DNA from: Candidatus Woesebacteria bacterium RIFCSPHIGHO2_01_FULL_39_32
GTDB taxonomy: Bacteria > Patescibacteriota > Microgenomatia > UBA8517
DNA: 64,000 nucleotides
Direction: 5' to 3'
Assembly: GCA_001792345.1 (NCBI GenBank)
Contig: MGGJ01000013.1
Span: forward strand, 85,371 to 149,370
Positions 1-9,311 of the stretch are shown here, in pieces. The notes under the pieces are model-generated. The model was not told the origin of the DNA, searched no databases, and worked only from the letters and a program-made list of their open reading frames with translations. Position 1 is the stretch's first letter; each line of letters starts with the position of its first letter. The position numbers were made by a program, and so were the translations under genes.

Positions 1-118
1 TCACAGACCACAGAATCGGCAAAAGCTGGGGAAATCTGGAATCGATAGTTGACGGAAATTTAGATAAAGTTATTGAGGCAACCAAGAATTTATAATGGAT
101 ATCTTTCAATATCAATTC

Positions 119-1099
119 CTATTCAATAAAGATAGTATCACCGTAACTCACAGGTACTTCATCACCCAGTAAATCAAAATCGGTAAATTTTGAAGGGGGT
201 CTTTGAAATCCCCGAACTTGCCCTTCCACAGCAAAACTTCCATCGTCAGAGAATAGTTTTTTAACTCTCTCAGAAATTCGCTCAGCCGGTAAATCAGGAA
301 TTACACGCAAATTTTGTCTAACCAAATAATAATAGATTTCTTCTAAACTTACTTCAGGCATGAGTTCTTGTACCGCTTCTGTTGTGCTTAGTATATGAAA
401 GGGATGACGAATTGTTCTATCCAAATCTTGTCCTCCCCTTACCAGTTTTTGCGAAAGGTATGGGTCCTTTTCGTGTACAAAAAAATATTTAACACCTGCC
501 ATAATAAATAACTCATTGTAGTGGTCGTTATCTGGTAAACCAGAAAGATTGCTCGGTAATACGGCAAGATGAGTGACTGTCGGTTCATAAAACCACATAG
601 AAAGCCTTAATTGCAAGGGAAGAAATGGCGCTTTGCGGGCCTTCCTTTGCATATATTCATCTTGTTCAAATCCCCAAACCGTCACAGGAACCACGCTTGC
701 CATATATTTCGCAGCGTGGATATGCCCTTTATGGCCTTCTGCCCCAGCAACAAATATCATTCCTGTATTTTCATCTTTATATCTACTTTCCAGTAAACGT
801 GATAAATCCTCAAATTTAACTAACTTATCTCCAGAAAACATCAGCCCAGTGTCTGATTCGTAAGGAAACGCGATTAGTAAATCCTTCCAATAGCCAAACC
901 ATTCTGGTGCGAGAACCTTTCTCCTTTCAAGATTTGGGCCAGGATGACTAACTAATAACTGCTCGGCCTCCTTCAGGGCAGCAAGTATATTTTGAGGCGC
1001 AAATACAACCCTTTTATCAAGCATTTCTTGCCAATCAACACTTGGCAATGCATCGGAATCAAAGCTATGAAAGTATTGTTCGGTTCTCTCCGCTCCCAT
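119..1099 (-). CDS. Nucleotidyltransferase-superfamily (HxGH / cytidylyltransferase-like) protein with an N-terminal extension
   Basis: Internal motif GAEGHKGHIHAAKY (HxGH) and later ILSTTEAV (ISxT-like), which is typical of the HIGH-motif alpha/beta nucleotidyltransferase fold. Exact substrate unknown. Confidence 0.4.
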   Translation of the reverse strand: MGAERTEQYFHSFDSDALPSVDWQEMLDKRVVFAPQNILAALKEAEQLLVSHPGPNLERRKVLAPEWFGYWKDLLIAFPYESDTGLMFSGDKLVKFEDLSRLLESRYKDENTGMIFVAGAEGHKGHIHAAKYMASVVPVTVWGFEQDEYMQRKARKAPFLPLQLRLSMWFYEPTVTHLAVLPSNLSGLPDNDHYNELFIMAGVKYFFVHEKDPYLSQKLVRGGQDLDRTIRHPFHILSTTEAVQELMPEVSLEEIYYYLVRQNLRVIPDLPAERISERVKKLFSDDGSFAVEGQVRGFQRPPSKFTDFDLLGDEVPVSYGDTIFIE

Positions 1100-1126
1100 T
1101 TGCAGCGATTATATCACTTGTAATAA

Positions 1127-2005
1127 GTGTTAAAGAATGTTATTTTGGCGGAAATGTTAGAACATGGTCTTTTTTATCATGAGGAAGAAACGAAAATAGC
1201 GCTTAGAAAGTTAGAAGTATCGTCAGAAATATTACCCAGTGAGCTACCTCAGATTAATGAGATAATTTGGCCGAGAGAATCTTTAAGAATTGATGAAAAT
1301 TTATCGATAGTTGGATTAAATGGCCCTCCAAGTGCAGGAAAAACCACCGTTTTTACTCGAAGTTATAATGAAATGGCAGATAAAATACAAATACCCGTCA
1401 GTGTGACTGGCACTCCGACCCCATGGATCTACCATCTTGGAAGATATGCAAGTAAGTTTAAAAATAACCTTCAGGGTGATCCAACAATAAGATATAGTTT
1501 CTTTGAACAGCATATGTGGCAACTTTATGCCTTAAAATCTGAATATGAAACGTATGCAGAAGTATGTGCTGGTAAGGAAATGTCAACTCCGATATTAGTT
1601 GAGAGAAACGAGCTCGATATACTAGTATTTTCAAGAGCAAATTATTTACATGGAGGACGGCTACATCGATTCTCGCAGGATATAATTGAATACACTGTCG
1701 AAGAAATTATGCAACCAGACTGGCCACGTTTAAAACCTTTTTATAAAGCCTACATTTTCTGTTTAATTCCACCCAAAGAATCCCTCGATAGGGACGAGGA
1801 ACAGGAGAATCCATCGAGAACCGTACTAACTCTCCCCTTTCTTAATACACTGTACGAACAATATTTACGAATACACTTACAGGCAATCTCTGGAGATATT
1901 CCACATCCATATGCTTGTTTAGATTTTACTAAGACACCAGATGAAAATTATAGACTATTAACCGATACCCTTAATACAATGCATGATTATTTTTCAAAAG
2001 TTTAA
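1127..2005 (+). CDS. P-loop NTPase, deoxynucleoside-kinase-like
   Basis: Walker A IVGLNGPPSAGKTTV. An ER...LVFSRA segment resembles the dNK/dCK ERS motif. Divergently transcribed from gene 1. Confidence 0.4.
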   Translation: MLKNVILAEMLEHGLFYHEEETKIALRKLEVSSEILPSELPQINEIIWPRESLRIDENLSIVGLNGPPSAGKTTVFTRSYNEMADKIQIPVSVTGTPTPWIYHLGRYASKFKNNLQGDPTIRYSFFEQHMWQLYALKSEYETYAEVCAGKEMSTPILVERNELDILVFSRANYLHGGRLHRFSQDIIEYTVEEIMQPDWPRLKPFYKAYIFCLIPPKESLDRDEEQENPSRTVLTLPFLNTLYEQYLRIHLQAISGDIPHPYACLDFTKTPDENYRLLTDTLNTMHDYFSKV

Positions 2006-2147
2006 GAGTAAATTTAAAGACAAACTGAGAAGATTAACCAACACCGGGTGTTAAGTAGGTTTGAACAATGGGTATTCTGGCTTACTCGCTAAATTCACTC
2101 AAAGTGGCTGTTAATTGAAGAGTTTCTCTTTCGCGCAAAATTATTAA

Positions 2148-2423
2148 TTAACTTGCTGGGTGGTATTTGTCTACTCTACTTTTCAATTCATTAAATTCTC
2201 TTTTAGATGGAGTGTCGGATAATTCAGCAGTTAAACCTTTAATATCATCTCTAACAAATCCCAATTCCGTTTTAAATTCGCTTCTAAGTTCCGACTTTGC
2301 ATTTTTTATTTCGCCCCGAAGATTCTCCCCTGTCTGACCAATCAGTTTATCCATTCCTTTAAGAATAGCCTTGACGGCCTGGTCTAACATACTTTTTCTA
2401 ACAAGCGGGTCTTTCTTGTTCAT
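2148..2423 (-). CDS. Small hypothetical coiled-coil protein
   Basis: 91-aa charged K/E-rich ORF with no recognisable motif. Confidence 0.3.
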   Translation of the reverse strand: MNKKDPLVRKSMLDQAVKAILKGMDKLIGQTGENLRGEIKNAKSELRSEFKTELGFVRDDIKGLTAELSDTPSKREFNELKSRVDKYHPAS

Positions 2424-2465
2424 ACGAAAAGGATAGTATGTGTAAGTTAATAAAACAAGAAGAAA

Positions 2466-3656
2466 TTATTCACTGAATTCTGAAAGTGTTGCTGTGAGTT
2501 GAAGGGTTTCACCGTCGCGCCAAACCTCGAGAGAGACCGTTTGGCCCGCTTTTTTCTTCGAGATTAAATCAGCCAAACCACCATTAGTGTCTCGAACATC
2601 TTCGCTGTCAAACTTAGTAATTATATCTCCCGCTACAATTCCTGCCTTTGCCGCCGGAGAATTTCCGACTACTTCAACTACATATGCTCCTTGAACAACT
2701 TTATTTAAAATTGCGGTTTCCTCATCAACCATTTGGTATTGAATACCAAGGAAAGGTTTTGAAGCAAACTTTCCTGTTTTTTCAAACTGGTCTAGCGCAT
2801 CTTTAACAAGATTAATTGGAATTGCAAAGCCGATATTCTCTGCTCCTTGGGCGACGGCCACGTTGACTCCTATTACCTGCCCCGCAGAATTTAGAAGCGG
2901 ACCGCCTGAATTTCCCGGGTTAATTGCCGCATCGGTTTGGATAACATCATCAAGCCGTTCAACAAAGCCCTCAAAAGCCGATCCTGCGGTTATTCCCCGC
3001 CCTAAACCAGAAATCACACCTGTTGTAACAGTTGAGCGAAATTCTCCGAGAGCAGTACCAATTGCAATAGCAAACTGCCCTACTTTCAATTTCCCGGAAT
3101 CCCCCATTTCAACAGGAATTAGTCCGCTTGCATCTATCTTTAGAACAGCTAGATCGTTTGAAGGATCACGACTAATTTTTTCGACCTCGTATTCTTTATT
3201 ATCTGAAGAAACTACCTTGTAAGAAGCCTCTGTATTGGATACTACGTGTTTATTTGTGATTATCAAACCATCTTCAGAAACAATAAATCCGGTTCCGATA
3301 TCCTGAGGTTCCCCTCCTTCAATGCGAGACCTAAATCCCCCACCGAATGGATTAAATTCCAAAATTCTTTTCTGGGGTTCCACTATTGCGATCGTAACAA
3401 CAGATGGCGAAACCCTATCGGCTACTTGCGTTACAACCGACTCTTCATTTAAAACTCTTTGTTCAATAGTACCGGTACGAAAACCTAATCCATTTTGTCG
3501 TTCAAGCAGAAAGTCCAATGGTTTAATTACAAAAAGTCTATCTGCTATTGCACCGCCAATTGCCGAAGCAGATAATACTACCGTAATGGCCGTAAAAATC
3601 AAAAGTCCTCTGATGCTAAGCTTTTTCCCTGATTCCGGCTTTTGCATTGGTTCCAT
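2466..3656 (-). CDS. htrA: HtrA/DegP-family periplasmic serine protease with PDZ domain
   Basis: N-terminal TM segment, trypsin-like catalytic segment with GNSGGPLLNSAGQVIGVN, and a C-terminal PDZ-like region. Confidence 0.85.
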   Translation of the reverse strand: MEPMQKPESGKKLSIRGLLIFTAITVVLSASAIGGAIADRLFVIKPLDFLLERQNGLGFRTGTIEQRVLNEESVVTQVADRVSPSVVTIAIVEPQKRILEFNPFGGGFRSRIEGGEPQDIGTGFIVSEDGLIITNKHVVSNTEASYKVVSSDNKEYEVEKISRDPSNDLAVLKIDASGLIPVEMGDSGKLKVGQFAIAIGTALGEFRSTVTTGVISGLGRGITAGSAFEGFVERLDDVIQTDAAINPGNSGGPLLNSAGQVIGVNVAVAQGAENIGFAIPINLVKDALDQFEKTGKFASKPFLGIQYQMVDEETAILNKVVQGAYVVEVVGNSPAAKAGIVAGDIITKFDSEDVRDTNGGLADLISKKKAGQTVSLEVWRDGETLQLTATLSEFSE

Positions 3657-3696
3657 AATATTAACTTACGTTAAGTACCTAAGAAGTAACTGAGAA

Positions 3697-4935
3697 TTAG
3701 CTATTCATTTCTTCAATTGCCTTTTGTAATTGTTCGTCTTCCTCTGTATCCGAATTATCTTCAACTTCTATATCCGGTTTTAAACCACCATCGTTTACCC
3801 AAAATCCACCCGGAGTTAGCCAACGAGCAATTGTAACATGTAAACCCGCTCCTCCATCCACCGGAAGCGGTTCTTGAATCGTTCCCTTCCCAAAAGTAGT
3901 AGTCCCGATAAGTTTCGCTCTTTTATTATCTTTCAGAGCTCCTGCCAAAATCTCAGAAGCCGAGGCCGAACCCTCATTAATTAAAACAACCATCTTTTGT
4001 TTTCTGAGTCTTCCGATTTTTTCTACTCTATAAACATTTTCAAATTCATCTGCACCTTCTTCCTTAACAACAGTGTCACCATTTTCTAAAAAATCAGAGG
4101 CGATTTCGATCGCTTTATCCAAATATCCTCCTGGGTTATTTCTAACATCAAGTATAATTCCCTCTATATTTGGCTTTGTTACAAGTTCTACTAGAGCGTC
4201 CTCCCATTCAGCCGTTGTTTCTCCTGAAAACTTGATAACTTTAATATGAGCTAGTCGCCCGTTCTCGCTAATATAATCAACAACAATACTAGGAACATTT
4301 ATACTTTCTCTAACAATTTCCACTTCGTCCGCCTCTGACTGACCATCACGCAAAAGTAGTAAGCTAACCTTAGTCCCTGCTCTGCCTCGAATCGCCTCCA
4401 CTGCTTCGGGAACGGTTATACCTACCGTACCCATATCAATATTTTTGGTCTCGTCTTTAATGCCGATAATAAAATCTCCCGCTTGAACTCCAGCTTTTTC
4501 AGCAGGTGACTCAGGGAGTGGTGCGATAACAGCAAGTTGGCTTCCTTTAAACCCGATTTGTATCCCAATCCCCTCAAACGTTCCCTGCAAATCTTCCTGA
4601 ACTACTTTATTTTCCGCCGGAGGTAAGAAAACGGTGTAGGGGTCCCCGACTGCTGAAACCATACCTCTTATAGCCCCGTAAACCATCTCTGACGGAATTA
4701 TTTTATCAGGATCGTAGTACTTAGCGGAAAGCGTATCCCAAACTCTCCAAAAAAGAGCAAAGTCGATAGAATCCTTATCTTGCGGAACAACTCTATCGAT
4801 CGTAACATCGGGAAACTTTTGTACGCTCGCTCTAAATCCTTTATATCCGAAAAAATATCCTCCGGCAAAAGACACTGCAACAAGGAAACTTAGTAGTAAT
4901 ATTTTCCGAACTATAGAAAAATTAACTTTTAGCAT
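3697..4935 (-). CDS. ctpA: Carboxyl-terminal processing peptidase (S41, tail-specific protease) with PDZ
   Basis: N-terminal TM, PDZ segment (AGVQAGDFIIGI) and S41 catalytic region (GTTTFGKGTIQ). Confidence 0.8.
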   Translation of the reverse strand: MLKVNFSIVRKILLLSFLVAVSFAGGYFFGYKGFRASVQKFPDVTIDRVVPQDKDSIDFALFWRVWDTLSAKYYDPDKIIPSEMVYGAIRGMVSAVGDPYTVFLPPAENKVVQEDLQGTFEGIGIQIGFKGSQLAVIAPLPESPAEKAGVQAGDFIIGIKDETKNIDMGTVGITVPEAVEAIRGRAGTKVSLLLLRDGQSEADEVEIVRESINVPSIVVDYISENGRLAHIKVIKFSGETTAEWEDALVELVTKPNIEGIILDVRNNPGGYLDKAIEIASDFLENGDTVVKEEGADEFENVYRVEKIGRLRKQKMVVLINEGSASASEILAGALKDNKRAKLIGTTTFGKGTIQEPLPVDGGAGLHVTIARWLTPGGFWVNDGGLKPDIEVEDNSDTEEDEQLQKAIEEMNS

Positions 4936-4991
4936 AATTTAGGTAAGAACATCAACCATTGTACCACGCGGTGGTTTTCAAAAAATTGAAA

Positions 4992-5234
4992 TTACATCCC
5001 GGGGACAAATGGAAGCAAACCCAAGTAGCGAGCACGCTTAATCGCAGTTGAAAGTTTCTTTTGGTGTCGTGTACAGATACCCGTGCGGTCACGGCCAAGA
5101 ATTTTGGCCCTATCTGAGAGATATTTTTCGAGCGTTTTGTAGTCCTTGTAATCAGGATTTTTACCCATTTTACAGAAAGGGCAGTTTTCGGGGGTTTTAA
5201 ATCTTGTGACTGGCGGCGCTTTTCTTTTCGGCAT
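4992..5234 (-). CDS. rpsR: 30S ribosomal protein S18
   Basis: 80 aa with an ARYLGLLPF C-terminal signature. Sits in an rpsF-ssb-rpsR arrangement. Confidence 0.85.
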   Translation of the reverse strand: MPKRKAPPVTRFKTPENCPFCKMGKNPDYKDYKTLEKYLSDRAKILGRDRTGICTRHQKKLSTAIKRARYLGLLPFVPGM

Positions 5235-5242
5235 ACAAATTC

Positions 5243-5800
5243 CTAGAAGGGAATGTCTTCATCTGTAGCAGCTTCCTCATCAATTTTTTTCTCTTTTTCT
5301 CCATTTTCGCCAGAAGTCTTCGTACTGGCTTTTTTAGAAGTAGGTTTGGTCCCTTCTTTTGGCTTAGATTCTTTTGCTTCAACTCCGCTGGTTTCAACGG
5401 GAGGCTGCTCGGCGATCGCATCCTCGGGTACATTAAACTCGTCTGTGCTAACCACCGCTGCAGCTCCTCGAGAATCAAGAATAATCATATCGTTGATTAC
5501 GATTTCAGTTGTGGTTCTATCCTGCCCGTCTTGTCCTGTCCAGCGGCGTGTCTGAAGTCGTCCCTCTACATAAACCTTTCTTCCCTTAGTTAAAAGCTGT
5601 GCGCACAATTCAGCTAATTTATTCCAGGCAACAATTCTGTGAAATTCTGCGTCTTCCTTTTTCTCACCTGAATCGGTAGTCCATTGTCGATTAGTGGCTA
5701 AACCCAAAGTGCAGACCGCCGTCCCAGCCGGTGTATAGCGAAGCTCAGGATCCCGTGTAAGATTTCCGATTAATTCAACTTTATTTAGACTCCTTGCCAT
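5243..5800 (-). CDS. ssb: Single-stranded DNA-binding protein
   Basis: OB-fold N-terminal domain (MARSLNKVELIGNLTRDPELRYTPAG...), a Gly/Pro/acidic linker and the canonical DEDIPF acidic tail. The likely true start is MARSLNKV at 5800; the 13 upstream codons of the track ORF are leader. Confidence 0.9.
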   Translation of the reverse strand: MARSLNKVELIGNLTRDPELRYTPAGTAVCTLGLATNRQWTTDSGEKKEDAEFHRIVAWNKLAELCAQLLTKGRKVYVEGRLQTRRWTGQDGQDRTTTEIVINDMIILDSRGAAAVVSTDEFNVPEDAIAEQPPVETSGVEAKESKPKEGTKPTSKKASTKTSGENGEKEKKIDEEAATDEDIPF

Positions 5801-5861
5801 ATTCACGCTCTCGCTCAAAATCCCAAGCCCAAATTTCAAATATCAAATAATTTGGATTTTG
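5801..5861 (-). repeat. Junction hairpin built from AAAATCC heptamer repeats, between rpsF and ssb
   Basis: On the minus strand: AAAAATCCAAAATCCAAATAA CAAAATCCAAATTATTTGATATTTGAAATTTGGGCTTGGGATTTTG. The left arm encodes the rpsF C-terminus KNPKSK and stop. Confidence 0.6.
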
Positions 5862-6155
5862 TTATTTGGATTTTGGATTTTTAACAATAAGATACCTAAT
5901 TATATCACTTTCGAGATGTAATTTATCTTTAAGATTCATAGCTGCCATTCCGTTTAATTCTAGATTAAAGTGAATAAATAAACCAGAATCTTCTTTGCCA
6001 ATTTTATAAGCCAAATCTAACTTTCCCCATTCCTCAGTCTTTTTAATCTTTCCCTCAAGGCTCTTAAGAAGTTTATCTAATTTTTCATTAATCGATTTCT
6101 TCTTCGCGCTAGATGCTCCCCCCGGCAAAACCACAGTTAATTCATAATCGTTCAT
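5862..6155 (-). CDS. rpsF: 30S ribosomal protein S6
   Basis: 97 aa with S6-like composition. Conserved rpsF-ssb-rpsR synteny. Confidence 0.8.
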   Translation of the reverse strand: MNDYELTVVLPGGASSAKKKSINEKLDKLLKSLEGKIKKTEEWGKLDLAYKIGKEDSGLFIHFNLELNGMAAMNLKDKLHLESDIIRYLIVKNPKSK

Positions 6156-6189
6156 ACGAGGCTAAGTATACCTGTCCCGCTCTGCGGGA

Positions 6190-7161
6190 TCAACTCCCAA
6201 CTTTGAACTCAATAACATCTCCGTCTTGGACTATATAATCCCTTCCCTCTAATTTTACCAATCCCTTCTCCCTTGCCAGTGTCCATATATCGTGATGAGT
6301 TTCTCCTACCTGTCTACCAAGTTCCAGTAGCCGATGCACCAAAATCTCTTCTGCTTTAATAAATCCCTTTGCAAAATCTGTATGTACTTTTTCCGCCGCC
6401 TCAATTGCACTTGCTCCCCTTTTTAAACTCCATGCGTGAACTTCTTTTCCCCCCTTAATAGTATAAAAAGTAATTAAATCAAGCATCGAATATGCTGTTT
6501 TTATAAGTTTTTCCAGACCGGTTTCGGAAACCCCCGCTTGAGAGAGATACTGCCTTCTCTCATCTTCATTAAAGTCGATAAGATCTTCCTCAATTTTTGC
6601 AGAAATTGCTATTGTAGCTATTTTGAACTTTTCTGTAACCGCTATAATTTTTTCTTTTGTATCAAGCGAGTTGATGTCATCCTCTCCGACATTCAAAACA
6701 ATTACACTTGGTTTATCCTTAATTCCACCCAACTCGAGTTCAATGTTGACAATCTCGATATCATCGTAAATTTGCTCCTGTGATCCCGTTTCGTATTTTT
6801 CGTTTTGACTAACAACCGAAGGGTCATAAAAAGCTCTGACAACATGTACAATTGCATCTACTTCGCGGATTTTGGCCAAAAATTGATTTCCTAATCCTTC
6901 GCCTTTATGGGCTCCAGCAACCAACCCTGCGATATCTATAAAAGTCACAGTTGCAGGAATAGTTTTTTCAGGTTTAACCAATTCTGCTAATTTTTCTAAA
7001 TCACTATCTCGCACGGGGACCACTGCTTCGTGCGGCTCTATGGTCGTAAACGGTCTTGGTGCAGTTTCGGCTAAGCGCCTTGATGCAAGCGCATTAAAAA
7101 GTGTTGACTTCCCCACATTCGGAAGACCCACTATCCCGACTGCTAGTTTCGAACTTGACAT
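6190..7161 (-). CDS. ychF: Ribosome-binding ATPase YchF (Obg-family GTPase)
   Basis: G1 GIVGLPNVGKSTLFNALA and the rest matches YchF (TGS-like C-terminus). Start trimmed to MSSSKLAV. Confidence 0.85.
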   Translation of the reverse strand: MSSSKLAVGIVGLPNVGKSTLFNALASRRLAETAPRPFTTIEPHEAVVPVRDSDLEKLAELVKPEKTIPATVTFIDIAGLVAGAHKGEGLGNQFLAKIREVDAIVHVVRAFYDPSVVSQNEKYETGSQEQIYDDIEIVNIELELGGIKDKPSVIVLNVGEDDINSLDTKEKIIAVTEKFKIATIAISAKIEEDLIDFNEDERRQYLSQAGVSETGLEKLIKTAYSMLDLITFYTIKGGKEVHAWSLKRGASAIEAAEKVHTDFAKGFIKAEEILVHRLLELGRQVGETHHDIWTLAREKGLVKLEGRDYIVQDGDVIEFKVGS

Positions 7162-7846
7162 CTTGGATTCCTCCTTTCCATACATTTGCAATTATACTCG
7201 AATTTAAGGCTAAATGCCCATATACTTTTATGTCGTGTTGCGTTCCTACTATCGTGTCTACCACCTTTCGGACAATAGACTGTTTAGCCTCAAACCCCAT
7301 ATCACCAATAACCTTATAGGCTATTTTACAGAATTCATCAATTTCTTTGTCTTCTGGATAGTTATTAACCTCTACTATAGTTTCTCTTTGCATTGAGAAA
7401 ATTTGTTGTTCAATCAACTTTTTTTGTTTCTTTAAATCCTTTGTTGACTCCTTCAACTGATCAGAATCTATCATTTCAGCTCCATAAGCCTTGATGTATC
7501 TTTGTTCTTCCTTTTTGATTCTAGTTAGCTCACTTTTTAATTCTTCAATTGATTTATCGGTTTGTTTCACTTCCTCCTTTTGTTCACCCATCCACCGCCT
7601 TACCTGAGCTTTAAGAACTTTAGGATTAGTCATGTAGTTTGATATGCCATCCCAAACCAGTTTATCTGCAATGCGGGCATTTATCCCCCTCTCATGGCAT
7701 TTACGAGGTAACGGGTGCATATAAACTCTATCTGTACATCGATAATATAAGTGTTTACCCTTCTGTGGCCCCTCACCAGTTCTTCTTCTACCACAGGAGC
7801 AGTAAATCTTTCCTGATGTCCCGATAGAAAATGTAAATTTATTCAA
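7094..7846 (-). pseudogene. Large serine recombinase, C-terminal fragment only: zinc ribbon, coiled-coil and tail. The catalytic resolvase and recombinase domains are missing.
   Basis: Begins at the zinc-ribbon motif CSCG...YYRC...C and is followed by a long coiled coil. There is no room upstream for the ~250-300-aa N-terminal domains. The 3' end overlaps the ychF start by ~67 nt. Confidence 0.6.
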
Positions 7847-7933
7847 TAATTAACTATGCGAAACAAACAACTTTTTTACAAGAACTAACAGGTTACCTGA
7901 GACAAAGGAATAGAGTCGAAGATGACATAACTT

Positions 7934-8530
7934 TTATTTTTTTTCAAATTTATAGTTGAAGTGATCAATATCTTTTTTATAAAGTTTTTGAACTAGTAAG
8001 CGTGTTTTTCGGTCATAGTATTTTGAATAATGGTTTCTTTCAAGCATATTAATGTGTGCGAGTTCTTTATACGTTACATGCAAAATCCCACAAATTTTGT
8101 CAAAGTCATTTTGGATACTTTCAAATCGTCCAACAAAATCTAATATAACTTTTTCACCATCAGAAATCTGATCAAATTGTTGCTGGATAGCAAGATGAAA
8201 AACTGGAGTTTTTATCGGTCCGACTTTAGATTGTCTATATGTTTCTATAAACTCTAACCATTCCTTAAAAGTTTTATTTTTAGCATCCCAACCCCAATGT
8301 TTACTCTTTCTCCATAAGTAGTACGATATCATGCGATCATAAGGATTTCTCACAAATGTAAACTTAAAGTAATTTTCCCAAACACTTTCTCCGACAATTG
8401 TCCTAATGGCAACAGCAGTTTTGTGTTTTTCACCCGGAGGTACTTCGTCTTTTGAAAACACATCCTCTATACTAGTTCCTCCAGTTCTACTAATATGAAC
8501 AAATATAAATTTGTATTTGTGGGAAATCAT
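7934..8530 (-). CDS. Sulfotransferase family protein (carbohydrate-sulfotransferase-like)
   Basis: 5'-PSB-like motif FVHISRTGGTS and 3'-PB-like motif RNPYDRMISYY. Paralogous to the next gene. Confidence 0.6.
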   Translation of the reverse strand: MISHKYKFIFVHISRTGGTSIEDVFSKDEVPPGEKHKTAVAIRTIVGESVWENYFKFTFVRNPYDRMISYYLWRKSKHWGWDAKNKTFKEWLEFIETYRQSKVGPIKTPVFHLAIQQQFDQISDGEKVILDFVGRFESIQNDFDKICGILHVTYKELAHINMLERNHYSKYYDRKTRLLVQKLYKKDIDHFNYKFEKK

Positions 8531-8553
8531 AAGTAATTTTAAGGAAATATTGT

Positions 8554-9183
8554 TTATGTCTCTTGAAATTGATAATTAAAGCATTCAATCTCCTTTATAA
8601 ATAATTCCCTCACTATTTTTCTAGTTTTCTTATTGTAATATTTAGAATAATGCCTTCTATTTTTTCTATGCTTAGATTTTAGTCTAGGCAACTTTGCATT
8701 CGGTATCCCCAGATGGTCACAAACTTGCTTATAGTCTCTATATAAGTTTTCATATCTTATATAATAATCGCAAATTAGTTTTCCCTGAGCATTAAAATAA
8801 AAACGTGTATTTGTCCATTTTTGTTCAAAATTTTCAATAAAGTAGTTAAAAACCAAATCTGGTTCAGTACGATATTTCTCCCAATGATATCGAGAAACAA
8901 CCTGGTCCCAAGGATTTCGTATAACTGTAAACTTATAATAATTATTCCATGTATCGTTCCTAATTTTCTTCTTTATTTCGCTTGGAGGAAGGTGATTATA
9001 ATAACCATCAAAATTCCTCGCCAGATGTTCGTATCGATCATCATCTGAACTTTCAGAATATTCTGTAATAGGTGTAATTATGTCCTCTTTGCCACAACTC
9101 TCAGCTAGAGCGACCTCCAAACTCGTTCCCGCCACCTTTGTCGGTTTAATAAAAATATATTTATGTTTATGCGAAATAATCAT
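8554..9183 (-). CDS. Sulfotransferase family protein (paralog of the previous gene)
   Basis: KPTKVAGTS and RNPWDQVVSRY motifs, with a shared HYSKYY segment. Confidence 0.6.
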   Translation of the reverse strand: MIISHKHKYIFIKPTKVAGTSLEVALAESCGKEDIITPITEYSESSDDDRYEHLARNFDGYYNHLPPSEIKKKIRNDTWNNYYKFTVIRNPWDQVVSRYHWEKYRTEPDLVFNYFIENFEQKWTNTRFYFNAQGKLICDYYIRYENLYRDYKQVCDHLGIPNAKLPRLKSKHRKNRRHYSKYYNKKTRKIVRELFIKEIECFNYQFQET

Positions 9184-9311
9184 AGTTAATTTGATTGCTC
9201 ATCGTTTATATTCTACGTGATTTATGTTTATATACCATTCAATTACAATTTTAAAAAATTACACGATATTTTACCACTTCAGAACTCTAGTTTATAATTT
9301 CATTATTAACA

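Noticed and set aside
611-863. Three overlapping plus-strand ORFs (61-76 aa) inside gene 119-1099
   Set aside because: They are antisense to a longer, motif-bearing ORF and have low-complexity or odd composition. They are spurious.
119-2005. Idea that gene 1 and gene 2 are ATP sulfurylase and APS kinase supplying PAPS for the sulfotransferases
   Set aside because: The HxGH segment reads HKGH within a GAEGHKGH context rather than the sat QTRN/HRAH motifs. The P-loop protein resembles deoxynucleoside kinases more than CysC. They are also 6 kb from the sulfotransferases.
2030-2060. Hairpin AACACCGGGTGTT downstream of gene 1127-2005 as a terminator
   Set aside because: The stem is short and no T-run follows. 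It is too weak to annotate.
2863-3693. Plus-strand ORFs of 119, 68 and 123 aa antisense to htrA
   Set aside because: They are fully embedded in the well-supported minus-strand HtrA gene and have no motifs.
5197-5555. ORFs 5197-5478 (-) and 5253-5555 (+) overlapping ssb and rpsR
   Set aside because: They are alternative frames of the ssb linker region and have low-complexity Ser/Lys-rich translations.
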